This document shows, one piece after another, positions 11,294 to 26,100 of a stretch of 64,000 nucleotides of DNA. Each line of letters opens with the position of its first letter. The stretch's first letter is position 1. Source of the DNA: Nemertoderma westbladi. Its lineage: Eukaryota > Animalia > Xenacoelomorpha. Under the pieces are notes generated by a model. That model saw only the letters and a program-made list of their open reading frames with translations, was not told the DNA's origin and ran no database searches. The stretch spans positions 45,487 to 109,486 of the forward strand of contig JAUCBJ010000075.1 of assembly GCA_032718475.1 (NCBI GenBank), in the 5' to 3' direction. Both the position numbers and the translations under genes were made by a program.

Positions 11294-11553
11294 TATCCCC
11301 AAATTTTGTGGTTACAGTAGTTACACCAAAAATTCCACCAATAGTTAGTTACCTTGTTGCTATGTGAAATCTATGTTGCTAAGGAAAGAAATAGGAAATT
11401 TTGTAAGTTTTTATACAGCATATTATCCCCAAATTTTGTGGTTACAGTAGTTACACCAAAAATTTCACCAATAGTTAGTTACCTTGTTGCTATGTGAAAT
11501 TTATGTTGCTAAGGAAAGAAATAGGAAATTTTGTAAGTTTTTATACAGCATAT
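11294..11553. repeat. Tandem duplication, ~130-bp unit x2
   Basis: TATCCCCAAATTTTGTGGTTACAG...TATACAGCATAT occurs twice. Confidence 0.9.
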
Positions 11554-12319
11554 CTTCAGATTTTTTGGCGCATGGGCGCATATGCACTCACACAGGTAGG
11601 GCCTACTCTCAGTTTGGCAGTTTTGTAACATTTTTTTTCTTATTGTGACGCTAAGCCACATTTACTTAATCTTACATACAAAATCCCGCAATATATTATG
11701 TCGGACTTGTAGAGAATATATTATTTAAAATAAAACTTATTTAGTTTGTTTGTAATTTACTGCCACCGTGCTGCATAATAGTGAACTTTATAAATCAAAT
11801 TATGTTTGCGAATAAGAAACAAATTCAGTAAAGCAGAATATTAATAAGAACAGATTTTTTCATTCACATCAGTTCTTACAATGTTACGTTGATATAAGGT
11901 TAGTGTGACATTTTCCGTAGAAATGCAAATATGCACAAACTCTTAGTTATAACGTCATCATGTGATTTATCACGCTGTAATTTCAACACAAATAATAGCT
12001 ATGTGGGTGTTCTAATGATGAAATAAAGTACTGAACACAGATTTTGTAATCTTTTGGGTGAATTAATTTTTAGCTGAAGCTAATATTGAATGACTCAAAA
12101 AATTGTCTTATAAAATCAAGGTAATTCAAAATAATCTACAAATTTTGAGACATAAATAATTGATTTCTTACACTAAACTTGAACAAGTTTGTTTATAGTG
12201 TCGTTTAATTAACGGAAAAAACATAATAAATAATAATTGTGAGAATTTAAGTCAATAATTTTCCCTATGAATTTACTTTTATTCTAGGCGAACTGTTAAA
12301 TCGACACTGTCAAAAACTT

Positions 12320-12743
12320 GGTTCATGGATTTAATAATTATAGGTGAAAGATTCATTTTAACATTTGTATTTGTCTTTTAGTTGTTGTGAATATTGATAC
12401 ATAGCTGTTTATTGTTCATTATTTATTTTGATGCAAAATTTGTGAATGTACTATATAAGTCGTAATGAACTATGTATTACCGTTAGATATAAGCCTAATA
12501 CACACTCAATGCGTTTAAACCAATGTTGTCTGTAGGCTAATACCTATACGAAGTGGGGCCTTTGAGCATCACGTGGCATTTATGGGGGTTACAGTGTGTC
12601 CTGGCTATGTTGGAAATCTAGTTTGTGATAGACAGAGGGTAGCAGTTACAAAGTCGGGTCTAGAAGATCCAAATATTCCTAAATTTTGTATCCCTAAACA
12701 TTTTGGTATGCCTATATGAAATATGGGCTCCGATTAAACGTAA
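12320..12743 (+). repeat. Non-repetitive flank duplicated at 22151-22586, each copy followed by the 62-bp minisatellite
   Basis: Near-identical from GGTTCATGGATTTAATAA onward; the second copy has a short CAGA-repeat insertion. Confidence 0.92.
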
Positions 12744-15700
12744 AGGCCAAAGTAACCCAGGTTAATTGGAACACGTAGGAAAAGCAAACAAACTGGCAGA
12801 GGCGCAGGCCATAGTAACCCAGGTTAGTTGGAACGCGGAACAACAACACACAGACTGCCACAGGTGCAGGCCACAGTAACCCAGGTTAATTGGAACACGG
12901 AACAACAGCAAACAAACTGGCACAGGTGCAGTCCACAGTAACCCAGGTTAGTTGGAACACGGAACAACATCCCACAGACTGGCAGAGGTGCAGGACGCAT
13001 TAACCCATGTTAGTTTGAACACGGAACAACAGCACACAGACTGGTACAGGTGCAGGCCGCAGTAACCCATGTTAGTTTGAACACGGAACAACAGCACACA
13101 GACTGGCTGAGATGCAGGCCACAGTACCCCAGGTTAGTTGGAACACGGAACAACATCCCACAGACTGGCAGAGGTGCAGGACGCATTAACCCAGGTTAGT
13201 TGGAACACGGAACAACAGCACACAGACTGGTACAGGTGCAGGCCACAGTAACCCAGGTTAGTTGGAACACGGAACAACAGCACACAGACTGGTACAGGTG
13301 CAGGCCACAGTAACCCAGGTTAATTGGAACACGGAACAACAGCAAACAAACTGGCACAGGTGCAGTCCACAGTAACCCAGGTTAGTTGGAACACGGAACA
13401 ACATCCCACAGACTGGCAGAGGTGCAGGACGCATTAACCCAGGTTAGTTGGAACACGGAACAACAGCACACAGACTGGTACAGGTGCAGGCCGCAGTAAC
13501 CCAGGTTAGTTGGAACACGGAACAACAGCACACAGACTGGTACAGGTGCAGGCCGCAGTAACCCAGGTTAGTTGGAACACGGAACAACATCCCACAGACT
13601 GGCAGAGGTGCAGGACGCATTAACCCAGGTTAGTTGGAACACGGAACAACAGCACACAGACTGGTACAGGTGCAGGCCGCAGTAACCCAGGTTAGTTGGA
13701 ACACGGAACAACATCCCACAGACTGGCAGAGGTGCAGGACGCATTAACCCAGGTTAGTTGGAACACGGAACAACAGCACACAGACTGGTACAGGTGCAGG
13801 CCGCAGTAACCCAGGTTAGTTGGAACACGGAACAACAGCACACAGACTGGTACAGGTGCAGGCCGCAGTAACCCAGGTTAGTTGGAACACGGAACAACAT
13901 CCCACAGACTGGCAGAGGTGCAGGACGCATTAACCCAGGTTAGTTGGAACACGGAACAACAGCACACAGACTGGTACAGGTGCAGGCCACAGTAACCCAG
14001 GTTAGTTGGAACACGGAACAACAGCACACAGACTGGTACAGGTGCAGGCCGCAGTAACCCAGGTTAGTTGGAACACGGAACAACAGCACACAGACTGGTA
14101 CAGGTGCAGGCCACAGTAACCCAGGTTAGTTGGAACACGGAACAACAGCACACAGACTGGTACAGGTGCAGGCCGCAGTAACCCAGGTTAGTTGGAACAC
14201 GGAACAACAGCACACAGACTGGTAGAGGTGCAGGCCGCAGTAACCCAGGTTAGTTGGAACACGGAACAACATCACAAAGACTGGCAGAGGTGCAGGACGC
14301 ATTAACCCATGTTAGTTTGAACACGGAACAACAGCACACAGACTGGCTGAGATGCAGGCCGCAGTAACCCAGGTTAGTTGGAACACGGAACAACATCACA
14401 AAGACTGGCAGAGGTGCAGGACGCATTAACCCATGTTAGTTTGAACACGGAACAACAGCACACAGACTGGCTGAGATGCAGGCCGCAGTAACCCAGGTTA
14501 GTTGGAACACGGAACAACATCACAAAGACTGGCAGAGGTGCAGGACGCATTAACCCATGTTAGTTTGAACACGGAACAACAGCACACAGACTGGTACAGG
14601 TGCAGGCCGCAGTAACCCAGGTTAGTTGGAACACGGAACAACAGCACACAGACTGGTACAGGTGCAGGCCGCAGTAACCCAGGTTAGTTGGAACACGGAA
14701 CAACATCACAAAGACTGGCAGAGGTGCAGGACGCATTAACCCATGTTAGTTTGAACACGGAACAACAGCACACAGACTGGTACAGGTGCAGGCCGCAGTA
14801 ACCCAGGTTAGTTGGAACACGGAACAACAGCACACAGACTGGTACAGGTGCAGGCCGCAGTAACCCAGGTTAGTTGGAACACGGAACAACAGCACACAGA
14901 CTGGTACAGGTGCAGGCCGCAGTAACCCAGGTTAGTTGGAACACGGAACAACAGCACACAGACTGGTACAGGTGCAGGCCGCAGTAACCCAGGTTAGTTG
15001 GAACACGGAACAACATCACAAAGACTGGCAGAGGTGCAGGCCACAGTAACCCAGGTTAGTTGGAACACGGAACAACATCACAAAGACTGGCAGAGGTGCA
15101 GGACGCATTAACCCAGGTTAGTTGGAACACGGAACAACAGCACACAGACTGGTAGAGGTGCAGGCCGCAGTAACCCAGGTTAGTTGGAACACGGAACAAC
15201 ATCACAAAGACTGGCAGAGGTGCAGGACGCATTAACCCAGGTTAGTTGGAACACGGAACAACAGCACACAGACTGGCAGAGGTGCAGGCCGCAGTAACCC
15301 AGGATAGTTGGACCACGGAACAACATCACACAGACTGGTGCAGGTCGCAGTAACCCAGGTTAGTTGGAACACGGAACAACATCCCACAGACTGGCACAGG
15401 TGCAGGCCGCAGTAACCCAGGTTAGTTGGAACACGGAACAACAGCACACGGACTGGCAGAGGTGCAGGCCGCAGTAACCCAGGATAGTTGGACCACGGAA
15501 CAACATCACACAGACTGGTGCAGGTCGCAGTAACCCAGGTTAGTTGGAACACGGAACAACATCCCACAGACTGGCACAGGTGCAGGCCGCAGTAACCCAG
15601 GTTAGTTGGAACACGGAACAACAGCACACGGACTGGCAGAGGTGCAGGCCGCAGTAACCCAGGATAGTTGGACCACGGAACAACATCACACAGACTGGTG

Positions 15701-17756
15701 CAGGTCGCAGTAACCCAGGTTAGTTGGAACACGGAACAACATCCCACAGACTGGCAGAGGTGCAGGACGCATTAACCCATGTTAGTTTGAACACGGAACA
15801 ACAGCACACAGACTGGTACAGGTGCAGGCCGCAGTAACCCATGTTAGTTTGAACACGGAACAACATCCCACAGACTGGCAGAGGTGCAGGACGCATTAAC
15901 CCATGTTAGTTTGAACACGGAACAACAGCACACAGACTGGTACAGGTGCAGGCCGCAGTAACCCATGTTAGTTTGAACACGGAACAACAGCACACAGACT
16001 GGCTGAGATGCAGGCCACAGTACCCCAGGTTAGTTGGAACACGGAACAACAGCACACAGACTGGTACAGGTACAGGCCGCAGTAACCCAGGTTAGTTGGA
16101 ACACGGAACAACAGCACACAGACTGGTACAGGTACAGGCCGCAGTAACCCAGGTTAGTTGGAACACGGAACAACAGCACACAGACTGGTGCAGGTCGCAG
16201 TAACCCAGGTTAGTTGGAACACGGAACAACATCCCACAGACTGGCACAGGTGCAGGCCGCAGTATCCCAGGTTAGTTGGACCACGGAACAACAGCACACA
16301 GACTGGTACAGGTGCAGGCCGCAGTAACCCAGGTTAGTTGGAACACGGAACAACATCACAAAGACTGGCAGAGATGCTGGCCGCAGTAACCCAGGTTAGT
16401 TGGACCAAGGAACAACATCACACAGACTGGTGCAGGTCGCAGTAACCCAGGTTAGTTGGAACACGGAACAACATCCCACAGACTGGCACAGGTGCAGGCC
16501 GCAGTATCCCAGGTTAGTTGGACCACGGAACAACAGCACACAGACTGGTACAGGTGCAGGCCGCAGTAACCCAGGTTAGTTGGAACACGGAACAACATCA
16601 CAAAGACTGGCAGAGATGCTGGCCGCAGTAACCCAGGTTAGTTGGACCACGGAACAACAGCACACAGACTGGTGCAGGTCGCAGTAACCCAGGTTAGTTG
16701 GAACACGGAACAACATCCCACAGACTGGCATAGGTGCAGGCCACAGTAACCCAGGTTAATTGGAACACGGAACAACAGCAAACAGACTGGCACAGTAACC
16801 CAGGTTAGTTGGAACATGACATAACATCACACAGACTGGCAGAGATGCAGGCCGCAGTAACCCAGGTTAGTTGGACCAAGGAACAACAGCAAACAGACTG
16901 GCACAGTAACCCAGGTTAGTTGGACCACGGAACAACATCCCACAGACTGGCACAGGTGCAGGCCGCAGTATCCCAGGTTAGTTGGACCACGGAACAACAT
17001 CACACAGACTGGCAGAGGTGCAGGCCACAGTAACCCAGGTTAATTGGAACACGGAACAACAGCAAACAGACTGGCACAGTAACCCAGGTTAGTTGGACCA
17101 CGGAACAACATCCCACAGACTGGCACAGGTGCAGGCCGCAGTATCCCAGGTTAGTTGGACCACGGAACAACATCACACAGACTGGCTGAGGTGCAGGACG
17201 CAGTAACTCATGTTAGTTTGAACAGGGAACAACAGCACACAGACTGGTACAGGTGAAGGCCGCAGTAACCCAGGTTAGTTGGAACATGGAACAACATCAC
17301 ACAGACTGGCAGAGGTGCAGGCCACAGTAACCCAGGTTAATTGGAACACGGAACAACAGCAAACAGACTGGCACAGTAACCCAGGTTAGTTGGAACATGA
17401 CATAACATCACACAGACTGGCAGAGATGCAGGCCGCAGTAACCCAGGTTAGTTGGACCACGGAACAACAGCACACAGACTGCTGACTGGTGCAGGTCGCA
17501 GTAACCCAGGTTAGTTGGAAAACGGAACAACAGCAAACAAACTGGCAGAGGTACAGGCCGCAGTCACTCAGGTTAGTTGGAACACGGAACAACAGCAAAC
17601 AAACTGGCAGAGGTACCCAGGTTAGTTGGAACACGGAACAACATCACACGGACTGGTTGAGGTGCAGGCCGCAGTAACCCAGGTTAGTTGGAACACGGAA
17701 CAACATCACACAGACTGGCTGAGGTGCAGGCCGCAGTAACCCTGGTTAGTTGGAAC
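12744..17756 (+). repeat. 62-bp minisatellite (~80 units; 56-bp and shorter variants)
   Basis: Unit GAACACGGAACAACAGCACACAGACTGGTACAGGTGCAGGCCGCAGTAACCCAGGTTAGTTG. Confidence 0.97.
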
Positions 17757-18622
17757 AACAATGTCGAAGCATCGACATCCAATATCGAGCGCTTCATCTT
17801 TATATTGAATTGTTTTTTTTCCATAAAATTTCGCATTTTATACTGGTATCTAATATTATAAGTTCTTTCCTTTTTCATCTACTCAAGGTGAAATATACCC
17901 AATAATAAATAATAATTATTATTTAATAAACTAATTATTGATTTAATATAACATTTTTACACAGTATTTATTAACTACTATTATTAGCTAATAACATTGC
18001 AATGCAAATGAGCGGACGAACTGGGAAAATAATACAGTAAAAAAGTTACTGTATGACACAGTAGGTATGTAATCTAAACATAACGAACCCAAACACGGCT
18101 AAGGGCAATTACATCCTGTAAAATACTAGAATTGCACCTGAAGATTTAAGAAGATGCTATTTTTCATGCGCAATAAGAGTGTAGTGAAAACAAAATTCTA
18201 CATTATTTAAAACTAACTTAATAATTTAATTTTCAAATAAACATTAATAATTTGTTAAAAGAATTCGATTGGCGACAGTGAAATAAAAGTAAAATAAAAT
18301 AAATTATCTCTCCGAAGGGGGGGGGGGGGGGGGGGGTGCATAACTCGGAGACATTGTATGCCATCCTTGTGAATCAATTCAATAAATGCACCAAATATTA
18401 TACCGGTAAATGCCAGTCATGCACCAATTTAAGCCGGCTAGAAAGCCAATAAAAATGAATTCAACAATACACACGATTTCAATATAACAAATAATAATGA
18501 CGGTCTTTTTTATGACAATTTCCGCGAACGAAATATCCAGTTCCCATTTTGGTATCTTCGCATTCTAATTAACAGACTATACTGAAGTAGTGAATGTTAT
18601 CTCTATTATAGTCTCGTTATTA

Positions 18623-18714
18623 TCACCTCCTATTCCAACCCAATATCGACAGACATCCACAACCCTGACCCCGCCGGTCGCGTGGACCACTTTCCTTTCG
18701 TTGGGGTGAAGAAC
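18623..18714 (-). CDS. Probable last coding exon of the host coiled-coil gene: (G)SSPQRKESGPRDRRGQGCGCLSILGWNRR*
   Basis: Acceptor TATTTTTAAG|GT; phase 1 matches the end of exon 28596-28392; GC-richer than its flanks; ends in TGA. Confidence 0.62.
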
Positions 18715-18812
18715 CTTAAAAATATAATAACATAATATAATAATTTAAATTTTACAATTTTCCCGATCACTCAGGTAATAAGTAATGTAATTATCCCACA
18801 CAATCAACCTCG

Positions 18813-20306
18813 CCACCCACACACACCGGCTCGCCCCTCGCCTCCACCCACACACACGGCTCGCCCCTCCCCTCCACCCACACACACGGCTCGCCCCCAC
18901 CCTCCACCCACACACACGGCTCGCCCCTCCCCTCCACCCACACACACCGGCTGGCTCCTTCCCTCCACCCACACACACACACGGCTCGCCCCCACCCGCC
19001 ACCCACACACACCGGCTCGCCCCTCCCCTCCACCCACACACATCGGCGCGCCCCCACCCTCCACCCACACACACCAGCTCGCCCCCACCCTCCACCCACA
19101 CACACCGGGTCGCCCCTCCCCTCCACCCACACACACGGCTCGCCCCCACCCTCCACCCACACACACGGCTCGCCCCTCCCCTCCACCCACACACACCGGC
19201 TGGCTCCTCCCCTCCACCCACACACACACACGGCTCGCCCCTCCCCTCCACCCACACACACCGGCTCGCCCCTCCCCTCCACCCACACACGCGGCTCGCC
19301 CCTCCCTTCCACCCACACACACGGCTCGCCCACACCATCCACCCACACACACGGCTCGCCCCCACCCTCCAACCACACACACGGCTCGCCCCCACCCTCC
19401 ACCCACACACACGGCTGGCCCCTCCCCTCCACCCACACACATCGGCGCGCCCCTCCCCTCCACCCACACACATCGGCTCGCCCCTCCCCTCCACCCACAC
19501 ACACCGGCTCGCCCCTCCCCTCCACCCACACACACCGGCTCGCCCCTCCCTCCACCCACACACACCGGCTCGCCCACACCATCCACCCACACACACGGCT
19601 CGCCCCCACCCTCCAACCACACACACGGCTCGCCCCCACCCTCCACCCACACACACGGCTGGCCCCTCCCCTCCACCCACACACATCGGCGCGCCCCTCC
19701 CCTCCACCCACACACATCGGCTCGCCCCTCCCCTCCACCCACACACACCGGCTCGCCCCTCCCCTCCACCCACACACACCGGCTCGCCCCTCCCCTCCAC
19801 CCACACACACCGGCTCGCCCACACCATCCACCCACACACACGGCTCGCCCCCACCCTCCACCCACACACACGGCTCGCCCCCACCCTCCACCCACACACA
19901 CGGCTGGCCCCTCCCCTCCACCCACACACATCGGCGCGCCCCTCCCCTCCACCCACACACACCGGCTCGCCCCCACCCTCCACCCACACACACCGGCTCG
20001 CCCCTCCCCTCCACCCACACACACCGGCTCGCCCCTCCCCTCCACCCACACACACGGCTCGCCCCTCCCCTCCACCCACACACACGGCTCGCCCCCCCCC
20101 CTCTACCCACACACACGGCTCGCCCCTCCCCTCCACCCACACACACCGGCTCGCCCAACCCCTCCGCCCACATACACCGGCTCGCCCCTCCCCTCCACCC
20201 ACACACATCGGCTCGCCCCTCCCCTCCACCCACACACACCGGCTCGCCCCTCCCCTCCACCCACACACACCGGCTCGCCCCTCCCCTCCACCCACACACA
20301 CACCGG
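18813..20306. repeat. 30/31-bp C-rich minisatellite (CCCTCCACCCACACACAC[C]GGCTCGCCCCT)
   Basis: Direct tandem repeat; same family as 23187-28391. Confidence 0.97.
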
Positions 20307-22150
20307 ATCGTGTGAAATATAATATTTATTAAAAGGGACGAAAAATTTTTTTTTTTAACAAATCGCTATTCCATTATAATTTAGCGTATTGCGCCAAAAG
20401 TACCTGTAAAATGTAGCAAATTTACTCCGCTATCTTTTTTCTTAACATTTATAATTAAAATTACGAATTTTAAGGGTCGAAAAATATCGCGTTATTTTGG
20501 CCCTTTTTTTTCATTATTTTTGGGGCCAAAAATGACCCCCTCTCAAAAGATTAGAGAAAAAAATTACGGCAAAGAATATACCAATTTTATTGAATTTGGA
20601 CCATCAGAACCGAAGTTAGAGCGATTTTAGCGAAAAAATAAAAAAAAAATTTTTTTACAAAAAATTAAGAATGGTCAGGTCAATATTGGATTTCGTACCC
20701 ACGAACTTAGGTTTCATTAACGTGATTGATTACCACTAGACTATGTGACCAAGAGTATTTGAAATTTTCGAGTGACTATTTTTAAACATCAATAACTTCG
20801 GTTCTATTGGGCCGTTTGATCTGAATCTTTTTTTCATTGGATAGAGGATAGATTGTAGTGTGTGAAATAGGATAAAACTTGGGAAAAGACTTATGTGCAC
20901 TTAGTGCAAAATGCACTTAAATAGTGCACATTTTATCTATATTTCAAACGCTATTTTTTTTGATTAAAATGTAGTTTGGAGTGATTTCTAACTATAATCT
21001 TAACATTTGTATAACTTTTTATATCAATAAAGTGACTTAAATTGTCCATGAATATGGTCCAAATTCGCAAATGTCGCGCTTTATTAAATTGCACTTTTTG
21101 AGACTTTTAGGAACTGACACTTGATCTTACACCATCGTAGATCGGTAGAGGATAAACATAAGTGTGTTAAATGGGAACCATCTTTAGGATCCGCTAAAGT
21201 GCACTTGTGCAAAAGTGCAAAATTTTTGCAAAAAGGTCAAATAGTTCAATACATTACTTCCTGTGGTATTTAACTGTATTCTTAACATCTGTGTAACATG
21301 AAAGATACACACGAAAAGGATCAACAGACATCAAATATGGCAAAAAAACAAGTGTATCATTAAATGCACTTTAAACAATAAACAGCACAAGAAATGGACC
21401 ACACAATTCATAACCCGCACAATTTTGAACTTATTATTTCGCTTCAAATTAATTCAACAGTGGATATTTGGGGGAAGGGGGAAGTTACAGTGTGCATTCG
21501 GGGGAAGTTTGGTGAACTGCATTTATGCAGTGAATCCAAACTTCCCCCTTTGAGATATCATATACTTAAGACATGCTAGGGTGACGGGGAAATATTTGTT
21601 ACTGTCACACTTTGCTTCCATTTATCCTATCCTTTATTATTACCCCAGTCAGATAAAGAGATAATAATCAGTAATTTAGAACTCTAAACTGTCTTTCATG
21701 CAAACAAAATTCTAACTAAAGACGGGTGATGACCATGACCATGGAAATAATTTTAAATATAATTGTATATCAACTATTTGGGGAGGCTTCCAAGTTAAAC
21801 CCGAAAACAATTATTTTGTTACATACTATAGTAAATAACGTTGTATGTTCTTCTTCCTCTCATAATAAAATATAAATGAAATATCTCAGATCGCTATGCC
21901 CTGTAACATTTCACAACCAAAATATTTAAGTGTGAAAAGTGTAGGCCTACCACACTCCGCCCAAACAACCGCAAACGCATAGCCAACAAATTTAACAAAA
22001 GGTTACATACATGTTGGGTTCATGACGGGATGAGTGAAAATTGATCGCGTAATATAAAGTAAAAAATTAAGAGACGGGCTGGCTCTCCTCCACTTTCTTA
22101 CCCAATGGATATGTTGTTGTAATAATCTAATATTGGGGCGGCTTTCTCTC

Positions 22151-23186
22151 GGTTCATGGATTTAATAATTATAGGTGAAAGATTCATTTTAACATTTGTA
22201 TTTGTCTTTTAGTTGTTGTGAATATTGATACATAGCTGTTTATTGTTCATTATTTATTTTGATGCAAAATTTGTGAATGTACTATATAAGTCGTAATGAA
22301 CTATGTATTACCGTTAGATACAGACAGACAGATAAGCCTAATACACACTCAATGCGTTTAAACCAATGTTGTCTGTAGGCTAATACCTATACGAAGTGGG
22401 GCCTTTGAGCATCACGTGGCATTTATGGGGGTTACAGTGTGTCCTGGCTATGTTGGAAATCTAGTTTGTGATAGACAGAGGGTAGCAGTTACAAAGTCGG
22501 GTCTAGAAGATCCAAATATTCCTAAATTTTGTATCCCTAAACATTTTGGTATGCCTATATGAAATATGGGCTCCGATTAAACGTAAAGGCCAAAGTAACC
22601 CAGGTTAATTGGAACACGTAGGAAAAGCAAACAAACTGGCAGAGGCGCAGGCCATAGTAACCCAGGTTAGTTGGAACGCGGAACAACAACACACAGACTG
22701 CCACAGGTGCAGGCCACAGTAACCCAGGTTAATTGGAACACGGAACAACAGCAAACAAACTGGCACAGGTGCAGTCCACAGTAACCCAGGTTAGTTGGAA
22801 CATGGAACAACATCCCACAGACTGGCAGAGGTGCAGGACGCATTAACCCATGTTAGTTTGAACACGGAACAACAGCACACAGACTGGTACAGGTGCAGGC
22901 CGCAGTAACCCAGGTTAGTTGGAACACGGAACAACATCACACAGACTGGTGCAGGTCGCAGTAACCCAGGTTAGTTGGAACACGGAACAACATCACAAAG
23001 ACTGGCAGAGGTGCAGGACGCAGTAACCCAGGTTAGTTGGACCAAGGAACAACAGCACACAGACTGGTGCAGGTCGCAGTAACCCAGGTTAGTTGGAACA
23101 CGGAACAACATCCCACAGACTGGCACAGGTGCAGGCCGCAGTATCCCAGGTTAGCTGGACCACGGAACAACATCACACAGACTGGT
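22151..23186 (+). repeat. Intronic duplicate of flank plus 62-bp minisatellite (~10 units from 22587)
   Basis: Its first units carry the same private variants as 12744 onward (CACGTAGGAAAAGC, GGCGCAGGCCATAG, GAACGCGG). Confidence 0.92.
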
Positions 23187-26100
23187 CCCTCCACCCACAC
23201 ACACGGCTCGCCCCCACCCTCCACCCACACACACGGCTCGCCCCCACCCTCCACCCACACACAGGGCTCCTCCCTACCCTCCACCCACACACACGGCTCG
23301 CCCCCACCCTCCACCCACACACAAAGCTCCTCCCTACCCTCCACCCACACACACGGCTCGCCCTCACCCTCCACCCACACACACGGCTCCTCCCTACCCT
23401 CCACCCACACACACGGCTCGCCCCCACCCTCCACCCACACACAGAGCTCCTCCCTACCCTCCACCCACACACACGGCTCGCCCCCACCATCCACCCACAC
23501 ACACGGCTCGCCCCTCCCCTCCACCCACCCACACGGCTCGCCCCTCCCATCCACCCACACACACGGCTCCTCCCTACCCTCCACCCACACACACGGCTCG
23601 CCCCCACCCTCCACCCACACACACGGCTCGCCCCTCCTCTCCATCCACACACACGGCTCGCCCCCACCCTCCACCCACACACACAGCTCCTCCCTACCCT
23701 CCACCCACACACACGGCTCGCCCCCACCCTCCACCCACACACACGGCTCGCCCCTACCCTCCACACACACACACGGCTTGCCCCCACCCTCCACCCACAC
23801 ACACGGCTCGCCCCCACCCTCCACCCACACACACGGCTCGCCCCTACCCTCCACACACACACACGGCTCGCCCCCACCCTCCACCCACACACACGGCTCG
23901 CCCCCACCCTCCACCCAGACACACGGCTCGTCCCCACCCTCCACCCACACACACGGTTCGCCCCTGCCCTCCACCCACACACACGGCTCGCCCCTCCCCT
24001 CCACCCACACACACGGCTCGCCCCCACCCTCCACCCACACACACGGCTCGCCCCCACCCTCCACCCACACACACGGTTCGCCCCTGCCCTCCACCCACAC
24101 ACACGGCTCGCCCCTCCCCTTTACCCACACACACGGCTCGCCCATCCCTTCCACCCACACACACCGGCTCGCCCCTCCCCTCCACCCACACACATCGGCG
24201 CGCCCCCACCCTCCACCCACACACACCAGCTCGCCCCCACCCTCCACCCACACACACTGCTCGCCCCTCCCCTCCACCCACACACATCGGCGCGCCCCCA
24301 CCCTCCACCCACACACACCAGCTCGCCCCCACCCTCCACCCACACACACGGTTCGCCCCTCCCCTCCACCCACACACACGGCTCGCCCCTCCCCTCCACC
24401 CACACACACGGCTCGCCCCTACCCTCCACACACACACACGGCTCGCCCCCACCCTCCACCCACACACACGGCTCGCCCCCACCCTCCACCCAGACACACG
24501 GCTCGTCCCCACCCTCCACCCACACACACGGTTCGCCCCTGCCCTCCACCCACACACACGGCTCGCCCCTCCCCTCCACCCACACACACGGCTCGCCCCC
24601 ACCCTCCACCCACACACACGGCTCGCCCCCACCCTCCACCCACCCACACGGCTCGCCCCTACCCTCCACCCACACACACGGCTCGCCCCCACCCTCCACC
24701 CACACACACGGCTCGCCCCCACCCTCCACCCACACACACGGCTCGCCCCTACCCTCCACCCACACACACGGCTCGCCCCCACCCTCCACCCACACACACG
24801 GCTCGCCCCCACCCTCCACCCACACACACGGCTCGCCCCCACCCTCCACCCACACACACGGCTCGCCCCCACCCTCCACCCACACACACGGCTCGCCCCC
24901 ACCCTCCACCCACACACACCGGCTCGCCCCTCCCCTCCACCCACACACACGGCTCGCCCCCACCCTCCACCCACACACACGGCTCGCCCCTCCCCTCCAC
25001 CCACACACACCGGCTGGCTCCTCCCCTCCACCCACACACACACACGGCTCGCCCCTCCCCTCCACCCACACACACGGCTCGCCCCCACCCTCCACCCACA
25101 CACACGGCTCGTCCCCACCCTCCACCCACACACACGGCTCGCCCCTCCCCTCCACCCACACACACGGCTCGCCCCTCCCCTCCACCCACACACACGGCTC
25201 GCCCCCACCCTCCACCCACACACACGGCTCGCCCCCACCCTCCACCCACACACACGGCTCGCCCCTACCCTCCACCCACACACACGGCTCGCCCCCACCC
25301 TCCACCCACACACACGGCTCGCCCCCACCCTCCACCCACACACACGGCTCGCCCCTACCCTCCACCCACACACACGGCTCGCCCCCACCCTCCACCCACA
25401 CACACGGCTCGCCCCCACCCTCCACCCACACACACGGCTCGCCCCTGCCCTCCACCCACACACACGGCTCGCCAACACCCTCCACCCACACACACGGCTC
25501 GCCCCCACCCTCCACCCACACACACGGCTCGCCCCTCCCCTCCACCCACACACACGGCTCGCCCCTCCCCTCCACCCACACACACGGCTCGCCCCTACCC
25601 TCCACCCACACACACGGCTCGCCCCCACCCTCCACCCACACACACGGCTCGCCCCCACCCTCCACCCAGACACACGGCGCGCCCCCACCCTCCACCCAGA
25701 CACACGGTTCGCCCCTGCCCTCCACCCACACACACGGCTCGCCCCTCCCCTCCACCCACACACACGGCTCGCCCCCACCCTCCACCCACACACACGGCTC
25801 GCCCCCACCCTCCACCCACACACACGGCTCGCCCCTACCCTCCACCCACACACACGGCTCGCCCCTCACCCTCCACCCACACACACGGCTCGCCCCCACC
25901 CTCCACCCACACACACGGCTCGCCCCCACCCTCCACCCACACACACGGCTCGCCCCTACCCTCCACACACACACACGGCTCGCCCCCACCCTCCACCCAC
26001 ACACACGGCTCGCCCCCACCCTCCACCCAGACACACGGCTCGTCCCCACCCTCCACCCACACACACGGTTCGCCCCTGCCCTCCACCCACACACACGGCT

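Noticed and set aside
12744-17756. CRISPR-like array (also considered for 8903-10577)
   Set aside because: No unique spacers, no cas genes, eukaryotic context.
17684-17878. Additional exon or ORF next to the 62-bp array
   Set aside because: No phase-compatible acceptor without an immediate stop; it lies downstream of the proposed stop codon.
20330-21420. Possible non-autonomous TE with degenerate ~300-bp internal repeats
   Set aside because: Looks repeat-like, but no termini or TSD could be defined by eye.
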